DNA of 64,000 nucleotides from Coxiellaceae bacterium (GTDB lineage Bacteria; Pseudomonadota; Gammaproteobacteria; Coxiellales; Coxiellaceae): NCBI GenBank assembly GCA_029212925.1, contig JARGOB010000005.1, positions 95,663 to 159,662 of the forward strand, read 5' to 3'. Shown piece by piece: positions 54,596 to 64,000 of this stretch (position 1 is its first letter; each line of letters starts with the position of its first letter). The notes under the pieces were generated by a model. It saw only the letters and a program-made list of their open reading frames with translations, ran no database searches and was not told where the DNA came from. The position numbers and the translations under genes were made by a program.

Positions 54596-56941
54596 GTGAA
54601 TTGGACTAAGGCCCATGTCATCTCAGTTTTGGCAGAACATGTCACATTAAGCCATGTGGCACCATTTGCAACCATTCAATATCATACATGGCTGACCGAG
54701 CCAGACGCTGAAATACAGCGCCTGCAAAAAAGATTTAACACCGATGTTATTATTCGCAGCAGTTGCACCGAAGAAGACAGCATTGACGCCTCACATGCTG
54801 GTGAATATGAAAGCCTTTTGAATATTGATATTAAAGATAATCAACAATTACGCAGCGCCATTAAACAAGTATTTATATCCTACGGCACAGAAGACTCACA
54901 GCAACAACTGCTCATTCAACCCATGGTAGCAAACGTTCAAATCACTGGTGTCATCACGACTCGCACCTCTCCAACAGCCGCACCTTATTATACAATCAAC
55001 TATCGCTTTACTAACAAGACACAAGCAATCACAGAAGGCAAAAGAATACTCGACACCATAGTGATCTACCGCCAACAACCCGAAAGCATTAAGCGTCTTG
55101 AACCTAAATTTGCAAATTTGCTGGCCGCAATCAGTGAAATTGAAAAAATACTATCACATGACTGTTTAGATATAGAGTTTGTCATCGATGACCAACAACG
55201 CATTTGGATTTTGCAAGCCCGACCCATCACCAGCATGAATAAACATCAACGCGTCAACGATGAAGACATTGATAAGCTCATTAATGATATGCAACATTTT
55301 TTTCAAGCGACACAACAACCCAATACGCAAGTACATGGCGATATGGCTTTATACGGCGGCATGCCTGATATCAACCCAGCTGAATTAATTGGCGCAAGAC
55401 CACGCCCATTATCATTCAGCCTTTACCGCGAAATCATAACCAACCAGGTGTGCGGATTAGCACGACGGACTTTCGGTTATCGCGATATGACCTTACAACC
55501 ATTATTGCAAAGCTTTGCCGGACAACCGTATGTTGATATTCGTGCTTCATTTAACACTTACATTCCTGATGGCCTTGATGAAAAACTCAGCCGCAAGCTT
55601 GCCAACTATTATTTAAACCGCTTAAAACAGCAACCTGAATATCATGACAAAGTTGAATTTGATATTTTAATTACCTGCATTAATTTTAATTTTGATCAAC
55701 GCGAACAAGAGTTAACAGCAGCTGGTTTTTCGGAAAAAGAAATAAAACAATTTCGACGAGCACTGACCGCAATCACTAATCATACCTTTAAGCAACTTGA
55801 CCTAAGCCTGGCTTTACTCGATAAATCGCAACCAGACTTTGAACGCATTATGTCACATCAGTTGCAGCCAATCGATCTTGCCGTACAGCTTATCGAAAGC
55901 ACCAAACAATTTGGTACCTTAGCATTTGTTGAGGTAGCACGCTGCGGCTTTGCTGCTGTTAGTTTTATTCAAGCCATGGTCAGTGATGGCATTATCAGCG
56001 ACCAACAAGCTGATGACTTTATGATTAATTTACACACCGTTGCTTCTGAATTTCAACACGATGGCGCATTAGTACATGAGGGTAAATTGTCCTGGGAGCT
56101 GTTTGTTAAACGCTACGGTCACTTACGGCCAGGCACTTACGAGATAACCTACCCGTGCTATCGCGACAATCCTGAGCTCTATCTTAAGCCAACTGTAAAA
56201 CCATTGGCGCATACCCATCATGACGTCCACTTGTTTCAAACTGATAAAATAAAACAATATTGCCAGCAGCAGTTCGTCAAATGGGGACTTGATATTACTG
56301 TAGACGCCTTTGAAGATTTTGTTAAAAGGAGCATTGAAGCACGCGAATATGCTAAATTTTTGTTTTCACGCAACCTCAGTGAAGCACTTGAAGCCATGGC
56401 AGCCTTCGGCAAGCAACATGGCATTAGCCGTGAAGATATTGCTTTTATCGCCTATGAAGATCTAAAACAATGCGCCATGGGAACCACCATTACCGATATC
56501 AAACGTTTCTTATTAGAACGCATAGAACAAGGCAAGCACGCTAAACGATTAGTCAACGCGATTGAACTGCCACATCTTATATTACATAGCGATGATATCA
56601 CCGGCTTTCGCTATCCCGTATTATCCCCTAACTTTGTGACACAACAATCCGTCGTCGCGGAGGTCTGCAAAATCACGCAACATATTAAAGATAAATCAAG
56701 CATTCAAAATAAAATCATCTTAGTACCGCAGGCAGACCCTGGCTTTGATTGGATTTTCGCTTATGATATCGCAGGCCTTGTAACACTATTCGGTGGTGTT
56801 AATTCGCATATGGCAATCCGCTGTGCAGAGATGGATATCCCTGCCGCCATTGGCATCGGTAAAAAACTATTTTCACAATTATTCCACGCGAAATCGATCA
56901 GCTTAGACTGCCTTGGTAAACGCATTGAAAAGATAAATTGA
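54596..56941 (+). CDS. PEP-utilising enzyme family protein (N-terminal PPDK_N/ATP-grasp, C-terminal mobile His domain)
   Basis: 781 aa with a GTG start. N-terminal IIRSSCTEEDSIDASHAGEYESLLNI. C-terminal LVPQADPGFDWIFAYDIAGLVTLFGGVNSHMAIRCAEMDIPAAIGIG, the phosphohistidine swivel motif. Confidence 0.7.
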   Translation: MNWTKAHVISVLAEHVTLSHVAPFATIQYHTWLTEPDAEIQRLQKRFNTDVIIRSSCTEEDSIDASHAGEYESLLNIDIKDNQQLRSAIKQVFISYGTEDSQQQLLIQPMVANVQITGVITTRTSPTAAPYYTINYRFTNKTQAITEGKRILDTIVIYRQQPESIKRLEPKFANLLAAISEIEKILSHDCLDIEFVIDDQQRIWILQARPITSMNKHQRVNDEDIDKLINDMQHFFQATQQPNTQVHGDMALYGGMPDINPAELIGARPRPLSFSLYREIITNQVCGLARRTFGYRDMTLQPLLQSFAGQPYVDIRASFNTYIPDGLDEKLSRKLANYYLNRLKQQPEYHDKVEFDILITCINFNFDQREQELTAAGFSEKEIKQFRRALTAITNHTFKQLDLSLALLDKSQPDFERIMSHQLQPIDLAVQLIESTKQFGTLAFVEVARCGFAAVSFIQAMVSDGIISDQQADDFMINLHTVASEFQHDGALVHEGKLSWELFVKRYGHLRPGTYEITYPCYRDNPELYLKPTVKPLAHTHHDVHLFQTDKIKQYCQQQFVKWGLDITVDAFEDFVKRSIEAREYAKFLFSRNLSEALEAMAAFGKQHGISREDIAFIAYEDLKQCAMGTTITDIKRFLLERIEQGKHAKRLVNAIELPHLILHSDDITGFRYPVLSPNFVTQQSVVAEVCKITQHIKDKSSIQNKIILVPQADPGFDWIFAYDIAGLVTLFGGVNSHMAIRCAEMDIPAAIGIGKKLFSQLFHAKSISLDCLGKRIEKIN

Positions 56942-56974
56942 CAACAGTGGATTTAAAACAATGAGGAGCACTGC

Positions 56975-57382
56975 ATGACCACCGATAATAATAAAAACGT
57001 TGATCTCATCAAAAAATTTCAACAGTTACTGGCATCTGGAAAGCCCGATGAAGCATTACAATTAATTGACAAAAATGCTGTGTGGCACTCTGATGAAGTT
57101 GGGGCGCCTTGGAGTGGAGTTCACCAAGGCATCGAGGCTATTACCAAACATTTTGGTGCAATCTCAGGTACGACTCAACAGTTTAAACGCAGTGATCAAA
57201 GCTTTGTTACAAAAGATGACTTAGTGATTGAATTGGGATCATTAAGTTGTATTCTCAATAAAACCAACAACCCATTTGCAACAGAATATGTCTGTCTATA
57301 CACGGTTACCGATGGCAGAATCATGTCCTACCGTATATTTGAAGACTCATTAAAACTCTATAAGGCGTATTTCAATGAATAA
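56975..57382 (+). CDS. SnoaL/NTF2-like small protein
   Basis: 135 aa. SD GAGGAG. Pattern typical of ketosteroid isomerase-like proteins. Overlaps the next gene by 8 nt. Confidence 0.55.
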   Translation: MTTDNNKNVDLIKKFQQLLASGKPDEALQLIDKNAVWHSDEVGAPWSGVHQGIEAITKHFGAISGTTQQFKRSDQSFVTKDDLVIELGSLSCILNKTNNPFATEYVCLYTVTDGRIMSYRIFEDSLKLYKAYFNE

Positions 57383-58151
57383 AGCTAACCAGTTGTTTGA
57401 CCTCTCTTCTGCTAACGCCTTAGTCTTGGGTGGTAGCTCAGGCATAGGCAAAGCCATAGCAGAGGCATTCATAGCCAATGGCGCCAATGTCTGCATTGCC
57501 TCAATAGATAAACCTGGATTACAACAGACCCAAAATGAATTCAATGAAAAATACCAGCGTGCTAGCACAACATTTTATGTAGACGTTACCAAAAACGATA
57601 GCATTATTGATTTGCGAAAAAATGTGTCTGATGCGTTTTCGAATGAACTGCATATTTTAGTACATTCAGTTGGCACAACAAAACGCACACCCATAACTGA
57701 AATTTCTTTGTCTGAATGGGAAAGCATACATGCGATTAACAGTACCTCAGCATTTTTGGTCGCTAAACAATTTTACCCGCTACTAAAACAAGCCAGCTTT
57801 GGTCGATTGATTAATATCGCCAGCTACTTTGCATCGCATGCTTCAGCTAATCGCCTCTCGTATGCTTCCAGTAAAGGTGCACTATTACAGCTTACGCGCG
57901 TCTTAGCTGCTGAATGGGCCAATGATGACATCACTGTTAATAGTATTTCACCTGGTGGCTTCTTAACCCCACTCACTGAAAAGTTACTTTCAGATCCAGA
58001 AGTTGTTGCTAATATCGAAAGGAATATCCCTATGGGTAGGTTGGGCTCAACCGATGAACTGATGACCGCTGCCATGTTTTTTGCATCACCACTCAGTAGT
58101 TATGTAACAGGGCAGGATATTATCGTTGACGGTGGCTGGAGTGTTTTGTAG
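57375..58151 (+). CDS. Short-chain dehydrogenase/reductase (SDR)
   Basis: GGSSGIGKAIAEAF (TGxxxGxG-like), NIAS and YASSKGAL (YxxxK). Confidence 0.85.
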   Translation: MNKANQLFDLSSANALVLGGSSGIGKAIAEAFIANGANVCIASIDKPGLQQTQNEFNEKYQRASTTFYVDVTKNDSIIDLRKNVSDAFSNELHILVHSVGTTKRTPITEISLSEWESIHAINSTSAFLVAKQFYPLLKQASFGRLINIASYFASHASANRLSYASSKGALLQLTRVLAAEWANDDITVNSISPGGFLTPLTEKLLSDPEVVANIERNIPMGRLGSTDELMTAAMFFASPLSSYVTGQDIIVDGGWSVL

Positions 58152-58163
58152 TTTGCTTTTATT

Positions 58164-58196
58164 GACTGGATCCCGGCTCGGGGGCCGGGATGACAG
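58164..58196. repeat. REP-like hairpin element, copy d
   Basis: GACTGGATCCCGGCTCGGGGGCCGGGATGACAG is nearly identical to copy a. It has a paired A>C / T>G change that preserves the stem (ATCCCGGC/GCCGGGAT). Confidence 0.8.
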
Positions 58197-58220
58197 CACT
58201 AAGTCAAGGATGGCAGAAAT

Positions 58221-59315
58221 TTACAACTCCAATGCCACCGGCACATCAGTAAAGTAGCTTGCAACATCTTCCGCACCGACATCACTTAATTGCGCAGGTT
58301 GCCATTGTGGGTTACGGTCTTTATCAACGATAGCAGCACGCACACCCTCATAGAAGTCATGGCCTTGCATAAAGTGCCAAGTCATGTTGAATTCCATTTT
58401 TAGCGCATCATCAAATGACATCTTTGCAGCACGTTGCAATTGTTCAAACGCCACTTTAACACTGGTTGGTGATTTCGATTGTAATGTTTTTAACGTTTTC
58501 TGGCACCATGTTTTACATTCAGACTGCTCACATTGTGCCAGCGCATCACAAATTGCCTCTACCGAATCGTGATTAAATTGCTTTTCAATCGTGTCACTCA
58601 TTTGAGCCAATTGACTATCACCCGCATCAATAGTCATACCATCCAGCGCATACTTCACTGAAACATCAAGGTGCTCAGTCCATTCAAAGCGCAGCAGTTT
58701 TTCAATCAATGTATCAATATCACTGCTACTGATGACATGAGTGGCAAACCCGGTATATAACGCATCAGCTGCATTAATGCGATCACCCGTTAGCCCCATG
58801 TAGTAACCGGTATGTTTTGGACATCGCGCTAAAAAGTGACCGCCGCCGACATCTGGGAAGAAACCAATACCGGTTTCAGGCATCGCTAACATCAATCGTT
58901 CCGTAGCAATACGAAAACTACCGTGCATCGAAATACCACAACCACCGCCCATGGTAATGCCATCCATAATCGCAATAAAAGGCTTTTTAAAATGTTTAAT
59001 CGCCGCATTCATGCGATATTCGTGCCAAAAAAACGATGATGACTCTTCCACTTTAGCAGCACCATTATCATAAATTTGGCGTATATCACCGCCGGCACAA
59101 AAAGCTTTTTCACCCTCACCCTTAATTACTACGGCTTTAATCGCCGGATCCGCATCCCAGTCATTCAAGGCTTCATGAATAGCTATGCACATGGTTTGTG
59201 TTAATGCATTGAGCGCCTTAGGGCGGTTCAGTGTGATCACACCGATATCTCCGCACGATCCTAATAATCGATTAAATAATATTTCTTCGACCTCTGCATC
59301 AGCAAATTCTGGCAT
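58221..59315 (-). CDS. 3-hydroxyisobutyryl-CoA hydrolase (enoyl-CoA hydratase/isomerase family, ECH_2)
   Basis: 364 aa. ITLNRPKALNAL, FCAGGDI and GITMGGGCGIS. The long C-terminal extension is typical of HIBCH-type hydrolases. Confidence 0.8.
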   Translation of the reverse strand: MPEFADAEVEEILFNRLLGSCGDIGVITLNRPKALNALTQTMCIAIHEALNDWDADPAIKAVVIKGEGEKAFCAGGDIRQIYDNGAAKVEESSSFFWHEYRMNAAIKHFKKPFIAIMDGITMGGGCGISMHGSFRIATERLMLAMPETGIGFFPDVGGGHFLARCPKHTGYYMGLTGDRINAADALYTGFATHVISSSDIDTLIEKLLRFEWTEHLDVSVKYALDGMTIDAGDSQLAQMSDTIEKQFNHDSVEAICDALAQCEQSECKTWCQKTLKTLQSKSPTSVKVAFEQLQRAAKMSFDDALKMEFNMTWHFMQGHDFYEGVRAAIVDKDRNPQWQPAQLSDVGAEDVASYFTDVPVALEL

Positions 59316-59333
59316 GATATGTTCCTTATTAAT

Positions 59334-60896
59334 TTAAAGCGTCGGCACGGCGGCAAGTAAGCGTTGCGTATAAGCTTGCTGTGGCTTGGTTAACACATCA
59401 GCCGTTGGCCCCGATTCAACAATGCCGCCATGATACATGACCGCAATCCAATGTGCCAGGTACGCGACAACACCTAAGTTATGAGTAATTAATAAGTAAC
59501 TAACACCTAAGCGCTGCTGTAAATCTTGCAGTAATTGTAAAATTTGCATTTGCACCGACACATCCAACGCACTGGTAGGCTCATCGAGAATTAATAACTT
59601 TGGCTGTAATGCTAAAGCACGTGCAATACAAATACGTTGACGCTGACCACCAGAAAACTGGTGTGGGTAACGGCTTTTATGTTCAGGCAATAACCCTACC
59701 TGCTGTAACAATTCATCAGCCAGCTGTTGCTGATGTTGATAGCTACCTGCTTTACCACGTATACGTAAACCTTCCATCAAACTGTCCAGCACCATCATGC
59801 GTGGATTCAATGAACCATAAGGATCTTGAAAAATCATTTGGATTTGATCAGCTTCAACATCACAACGGATACGACCACCCGTGGGTTTAATTAAATCAAC
59901 CACTGTTTTAGCCATTGTAGTTTTACCTGAACCGGATTCACCTACCACAGCTAAGGTTTGCCCTGCATTTAAATCAAAACTGATATCATCAACGGCTTTA
60001 ACATGGCCAACGGTGCGGCGCAGCAAACCTTTTTTTATCGGAAAGTATGTCTTTAGATTAGCTACTTGCAGCAATGTATTATCTGATGCAATAGCCTCTT
60101 GCCGTGATTGCATCGATGGAATCGATCGTAATAATTTTTTTGTATAATCGTGTTGTGGCGACTGATAAAACGTTTTAGCATCCGCGCGTTCAACACAGTT
60201 ACCTTGCTGCATCACAATGACTTCATCAGCAATTTGTTTTACCACCGCCAAGTCATGGCTAATAAATAACAATGACAAATCATGCTTGTCTTTAAGCTGC
60301 TTTAATAACGCCATCACTTGCGCTTGTATCGTGACATCCAATGCTGTGCAGGGCTCATCGGCAATTAATATCGCTGGCTCGCAGGCTAACGCCATAGCGA
60401 TCATCGCACGTTGACGCATACCGCCTGACAATTGATGTGGATACGATTGATAACACCTCTTTGCATCATCAATGCCCACTTCTTGCAACAACCCTAGCGC
60501 TTTCTGCTGTCGCTGCTTCGCTGCGTGCTTTTGATGCAAACGAATAACCTCATCCATTTGCTGACCAATCGTAAACACCGGATTCAATGCCGCCAAAGCA
60601 TCTTGAAAAATCATGGCGATCTTACCACCGCGCACATATCGCATACGCTGCTCTGACAAAGTAAGAAGGTCTTTATTTTCGAATAGCACTTCCGCTTGTT
60701 GACTCACCACGGCTGCAGGTGGCAACAGTTGCAATAAAGCCAAAGCACTTAACGTCTTACCACTCCCTGACTCACCCACTAAAGCAACGCACTGCCCAGC
60801 ATCCAACGTATAATTTAATTGGTTTACCACCGTTTGTTTTTGGCCATCAATAGTGAACGCTACCGATAAATCTTTTACCTGCAATAGTGCTGTCAT
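59334..60896 (-). CDS. yejF: Peptide-type ABC transporter, fused double ATPase (YejF-like)
   Basis: 520 aa. Two Walker A motifs (GESGSGKT twice), two signature motifs (LSGGMRQR, FSGGQRQR) and two Walker B motifs. Confidence 0.75.
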   Translation of the reverse strand: MTALLQVKDLSVAFTIDGQKQTVVNQLNYTLDAGQCVALVGESGSGKTLSALALLQLLPPAAVVSQQAEVLFENKDLLTLSEQRMRYVRGGKIAMIFQDALAALNPVFTIGQQMDEVIRLHQKHAAKQRQQKALGLLQEVGIDDAKRCYQSYPHQLSGGMRQRAMIAMALACEPAILIADEPCTALDVTIQAQVMALLKQLKDKHDLSLLFISHDLAVVKQIADEVIVMQQGNCVERADAKTFYQSPQHDYTKKLLRSIPSMQSRQEAIASDNTLLQVANLKTYFPIKKGLLRRTVGHVKAVDDISFDLNAGQTLAVVGESGSGKTTMAKTVVDLIKPTGGRIRCDVEADQIQMIFQDPYGSLNPRMMVLDSLMEGLRIRGKAGSYQHQQQLADELLQQVGLLPEHKSRYPHQFSGGQRQRICIARALALQPKLLILDEPTSALDVSVQMQILQLLQDLQQRLGVSYLLITHNLGVVAYLAHWIAVMYHGGIVESGPTADVLTKPQQAYTQRLLAAVPTL

Positions 60897-62242
60897 TATT
60901 GATTCCTCGGATCAAAGGCATCACGCACACGATCGGCAAATAAATTAGCGGATAACACTAAAACAAACATCGCTACTAATGCTGAAAATAATGGCCACCA
61001 TACCATAGGGCCACGCGCCAACTCCATGCGCGAGCCGTTAATCATATGGCCCCAACTGATCGTGGTTGGATCCACACCGACACCAACATAGGATAAAATC
61101 GCTTCGGCTAATACCAAACCACTAAAATCTAATACCAACGTAATCATGACGATGTGCATGACATTCGGCATCACATGGCGACGTAAAATCGCCCAACGCC
61201 CAGAACCCATCACACGTGCTGCTTGCACATACTCCATTTCCCGCAATTTAAGCGTTTCGCCACGCAATAAGCGACACAAGCTGGTCCAACTGGTAATGCC
61301 CAAAATAATACATAACGCTAATAAGCGTGCATCGGCACGTTGTGACAAGGTAGTAAACCAGGTCGGATTATTAGCAATCGTGACCTGCAACACCAACACG
61401 GCTGCAGTAATTAAGAGTACACCAGGAATCGAACTTAAGGTGGTATAAACATATTGAATGATGTCATCCACCCAACCACGGAAGTAACCCGCCAATGTGC
61501 CCAACACCATGGCAAATGGCAACATAAATAATGTGGTCAATGTACCAATCAATACACCGGTACGAATGCTTTTAATCGTCAGATAAAACACATCACGGCC
61601 TATCTTATCAGTACCCAAAATATGATAGTAACGCGATAAAATTAACACCACTGTAATTAGCAACCAGACAACTTTAAATGTGCCCATCGCTTCACGCCAG
61701 GCAAGGCGTGTATCACCCACCATCATGCGCTTGTACATCTGCCATAGACCGACACGATAACTGCGCGCCAATAACCACCACCAGATCAACATCACCACCG
61801 TTAGTAGCACACAAGATACAACAATAATTGACCAGACAGTACTCGCGGATCGCACTTGCTTTACATAGCGCACATCGGGATATACACGCGTGGCTTTTCC
61901 GTTCACATCCGTGACTAACGTGGGTGACAATAATTGACTGGCAAACGGTGCAGAATAGGAAGTTTCTTGTGCTGTGGCTAATGAACCAAAAGCAAAATCC
62001 AACACACTTTGTTGAGCTGGGTAATTGTCGGCTTTATAAAAATGAATAGAGTCAGCTAAAGTAATCGCACCATAAGTTAGTAAAACCACTAATGTGATCA
62101 TACCGACTTTGCTTTGACCCACTTGACGCCACGGTGCACGCCAGTGCTCTTTTTGTCGACCAATAAAAAACATTATTGCCGCCAAAACTAACAGCGCAAT
62201 AAAAAGCCAATCACTCCATAATAAAGACAGGTGCCAATGCAT
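60896..62242 (-). CDS. yejE: Peptide-type ABC transporter permease with extended N-terminus (YejE-like)
   Basis: 448 aa. DppC/OppC-like BPD_transp core with an EAA-like loop (YVQAARVMGSGRWAILRRHVMPN). One-nt overlap with the ATPase gene. Confidence 0.65.
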   Translation of the reverse strand: MHWHLSLLWSDWLFIALLVLAAIMFFIGRQKEHWRAPWRQVGQSKVGMITLVVLLTYGAITLADSIHFYKADNYPAQQSVLDFAFGSLATAQETSYSAPFASQLLSPTLVTDVNGKATRVYPDVRYVKQVRSASTVWSIIVVSCVLLTVVMLIWWWLLARSYRVGLWQMYKRMMVGDTRLAWREAMGTFKVVWLLITVVLILSRYYHILGTDKIGRDVFYLTIKSIRTGVLIGTLTTLFMLPFAMVLGTLAGYFRGWVDDIIQYVYTTLSSIPGVLLITAAVLVLQVTIANNPTWFTTLSQRADARLLALCIILGITSWTSLCRLLRGETLKLREMEYVQAARVMGSGRWAILRRHVMPNVMHIVMITLVLDFSGLVLAEAILSYVGVGVDPTTISWGHMINGSRMELARGPMVWWPLFSALVAMFVLVLSANLFADRVRDAFDPRNQ

Positions 62243-62286
62243 GTGAATCTCAAACAGTCCTTGCTAAGCACACATCATATCACAAA

Positions 62287-63963
62287 TTAATTATGTGTCA
62301 GGGTTGCAGATGCGACCCTCTCCACTGGCGTCCCAGCATCGTCGATATCAAAACCTGCTTTATTCCACAGCCTGACTTCTGCAGGGGTATGCAATGGCAC
62401 TGTTGGCCCCGATAACTTATCTTCAATCGCTTTCAACTGAACAGCTACCTGCTGACGCGCCTTCCTACTATCAATTGCTACACTCAAATCATCAAATAGC
62501 CTAACACCGTGCGGATGAATATCTCGACGCAGCTGCTTTACACCAGCTAACACAGACTCTTTATCGTAAAAATTGTGCAATATCCGCATCACACCATGGA
62601 TAGTCTGCATATAAACTGCTTTTGCTGGAGACGTTAAGTCCGATTCACACTGCCGGAATAATGCGACTAACGCAAAGCCGCAAGGCGCCACTTTCAATGC
62701 AGCCTCACTTTCACCATACATGCTGGCGGCTCGACAGAAAGTCTCAACTTGCGCTATCATAGCCCGCTGTTGCTCAAGTAACGTACTGTTCATATCACGC
62801 CATATTGATTGCATCAAACTGTCAATTTCAGTTTGGCAAGCTTTGGCATCAAAATGACCCGCTGAATCAAGGTGCTTAATAAGACTTAATGCTTGCCACA
62901 TAGCCACTGCGGAACCTTCGCCGAGCATATAGGGGATCGTAGCAAAGGCATCACCCACAACAAAAGCCATATGCCTTGATTCATCGCTACGACTACCCGG
63001 CTCTAGTGGAAAGCCGATACGATCAGCACGATGAAATATCATGTTTGTTGCCATGACTCGCAAAGCATCTTTTTCCGGCCCATGTTTTTTTGATGGCGCC
63101 ATCGTTGTCACTTCTTCTAACGTAAGTGCTAACGCGGGATACCTACTATATGCCCAAACAGCAGCCTTGCGCCCCCAAGCAATGAGTAAACGCTGCTTTC
63201 GCGCTGGATCCACCTCATTCACTACCACATCAGGCAACGAACACACCAACGTAATTTTTGCAGGGTTAGGATGAAATTTTCTATGAACTACCGGCATGTA
63301 CATGCGGCTCCAAGCCGGCAGCTCAACACCCTCATGTTCCGGATCTTGTAGGCTCGAAAAATAACGTAGACTCTCTTTCAATGTTGGACTGACACTATCA
63401 AGCAACAACTCTGGTCTTTCACGCACACGATCCGGTAAACGCAGTTGCAGCACACCAACATTAGGCTCCACCATTTGCTGAAAGGTTGGCGAATAACGCA
63501 CGGGATGGTCTTTAATTAAATTTAAAACAGGATGACGCGCACCGGCACAACAAAAGATATGTTTAAAACGTAAAGTCACCTCTTCATCATCCTTAACAGA
63601 GCGAATAGTTGCCGTATGTTCAGTACGATTTACCGCAACTGCTTCATAGGGTTGATACAAGCGAACTCTGCCTTTGCGCACTACGTCACTCGAACGATAA
63701 TGCTCTGCTGCTGACCGGACAAAACGCATCATCGCACGCTGAACATCTTTAATTTGCCTCTCGCCCTTGGGTAACAGCACATGAGAACAGTCCCACACGT
63801 CATTTCTTAACTCGGCCATATATTCATTAAGCATTTGTCCACGCAAAAACTTCGCACGCTTCTCCACTAATGCCACTGAAAAGCCTTTCTCCGCTAACGC
63901 TTTAGCAAGCACCAACCCAGCTAGCCCCGCACCCATCACGGCCATATCTACTGTTACTTTCAC
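62287..63963 (-). CDS. FAD-binding (Rossmann GxGxxG) protein with an uncharacterised C-terminal region
   Basis: 558 aa. The N-terminus VDMAVMGAGLAGLVLAKALAEKGFSVALVEKR is a classic FAD/NAD beta-alpha-beta motif. I did not recognise any subfamily motif in the rest of the protein. Confidence 0.55.
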   Translation of the reverse strand: MKVTVDMAVMGAGLAGLVLAKALAEKGFSVALVEKRAKFLRGQMLNEYMAELRNDVWDCSHVLLPKGERQIKDVQRAMMRFVRSAAEHYRSSDVVRKGRVRLYQPYEAVAVNRTEHTATIRSVKDDEEVTLRFKHIFCCAGARHPVLNLIKDHPVRYSPTFQQMVEPNVGVLQLRLPDRVRERPELLLDSVSPTLKESLRYFSSLQDPEHEGVELPAWSRMYMPVVHRKFHPNPAKITLVCSLPDVVVNEVDPARKQRLLIAWGRKAAVWAYSRYPALALTLEEVTTMAPSKKHGPEKDALRVMATNMIFHRADRIGFPLEPGSRSDESRHMAFVVGDAFATIPYMLGEGSAVAMWQALSLIKHLDSAGHFDAKACQTEIDSLMQSIWRDMNSTLLEQQRAMIAQVETFCRAASMYGESEAALKVAPCGFALVALFRQCESDLTSPAKAVYMQTIHGVMRILHNFYDKESVLAGVKQLRRDIHPHGVRLFDDLSVAIDSRKARQQVAVQLKAIEDKLSGPTVPLHTPAEVRLWNKAGFDIDDAGTPVERVASATLTHN

Positions 63964-64000
63964 ACTTGTCTCGTTCTCATTCTCTCAGCAAGAAAGTATA

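Overview
This is a 64-kb chromosomal window from a moderately AT-rich gammaproteobacterium. By eye GC is about 40-43%; I did not compute it. The gene content looks Legionellales-like (MSHA pilus genes, a ProA-like M4 protease, CsrA, several eukaryote-like or orphan secreted proteins), but the taxon cannot be proven from this sequence.

Conserved backbone genes:
- the mshI-J-K-L-M-N pilus block (mshN runs off the left edge and is missing from the ORF track)
- def, hemJ, erpA, rubredoxin, hemL
- tolC, waaA, parE
- aroK-aroB followed by an AAA/SPOR protein
- folB, dacB, aroE, prlC, rpiA, csrA, fmt
- the tight dprA-smg-topA-tsaC operon
- a yejEF-like ABC pair

Accessory or unusual content between these:
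- a decayed IS3-family element next to a ShET2/EspL-like ankyrin-repeat effector gene
- a secreted PI-PLC X-domain-like protein
- a type-B carboxylesterase and an M4 protease
- a membrane protein with a proline-rich PPxY tail
- a BirA homolog that has lost its catalytic motifs
- TolC fused to a SPOR domain and a Lys/Ala-rich tail
- two long-unit tandem repeat arrays (123 bp and 118 bp)
- a four-copy REP-like hairpin family that shows a compensatory stem change
- a densely self-complementary 327-nt intergenic region

The standout locus is 40146-46175. Four tandem, mutually homologous orphan genes (about 470-510 aa, all starting MSR) sit in the slot between fmt and dprA where def normally lies. 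Their N-terminal modules carry a motif string colinear with OspF/SpvC/HopAI1 phosphothreonine lyases, but the general-acid His is replaced by Arg. One copy is interrupted by a single in-frame TAG. A conserved 38-nt block with a 14-bp palindrome precedes two of the copies.

I saw no rRNA, tRNA or CRISPR array. All homology statements come from motif recognition by eye, not from searches.
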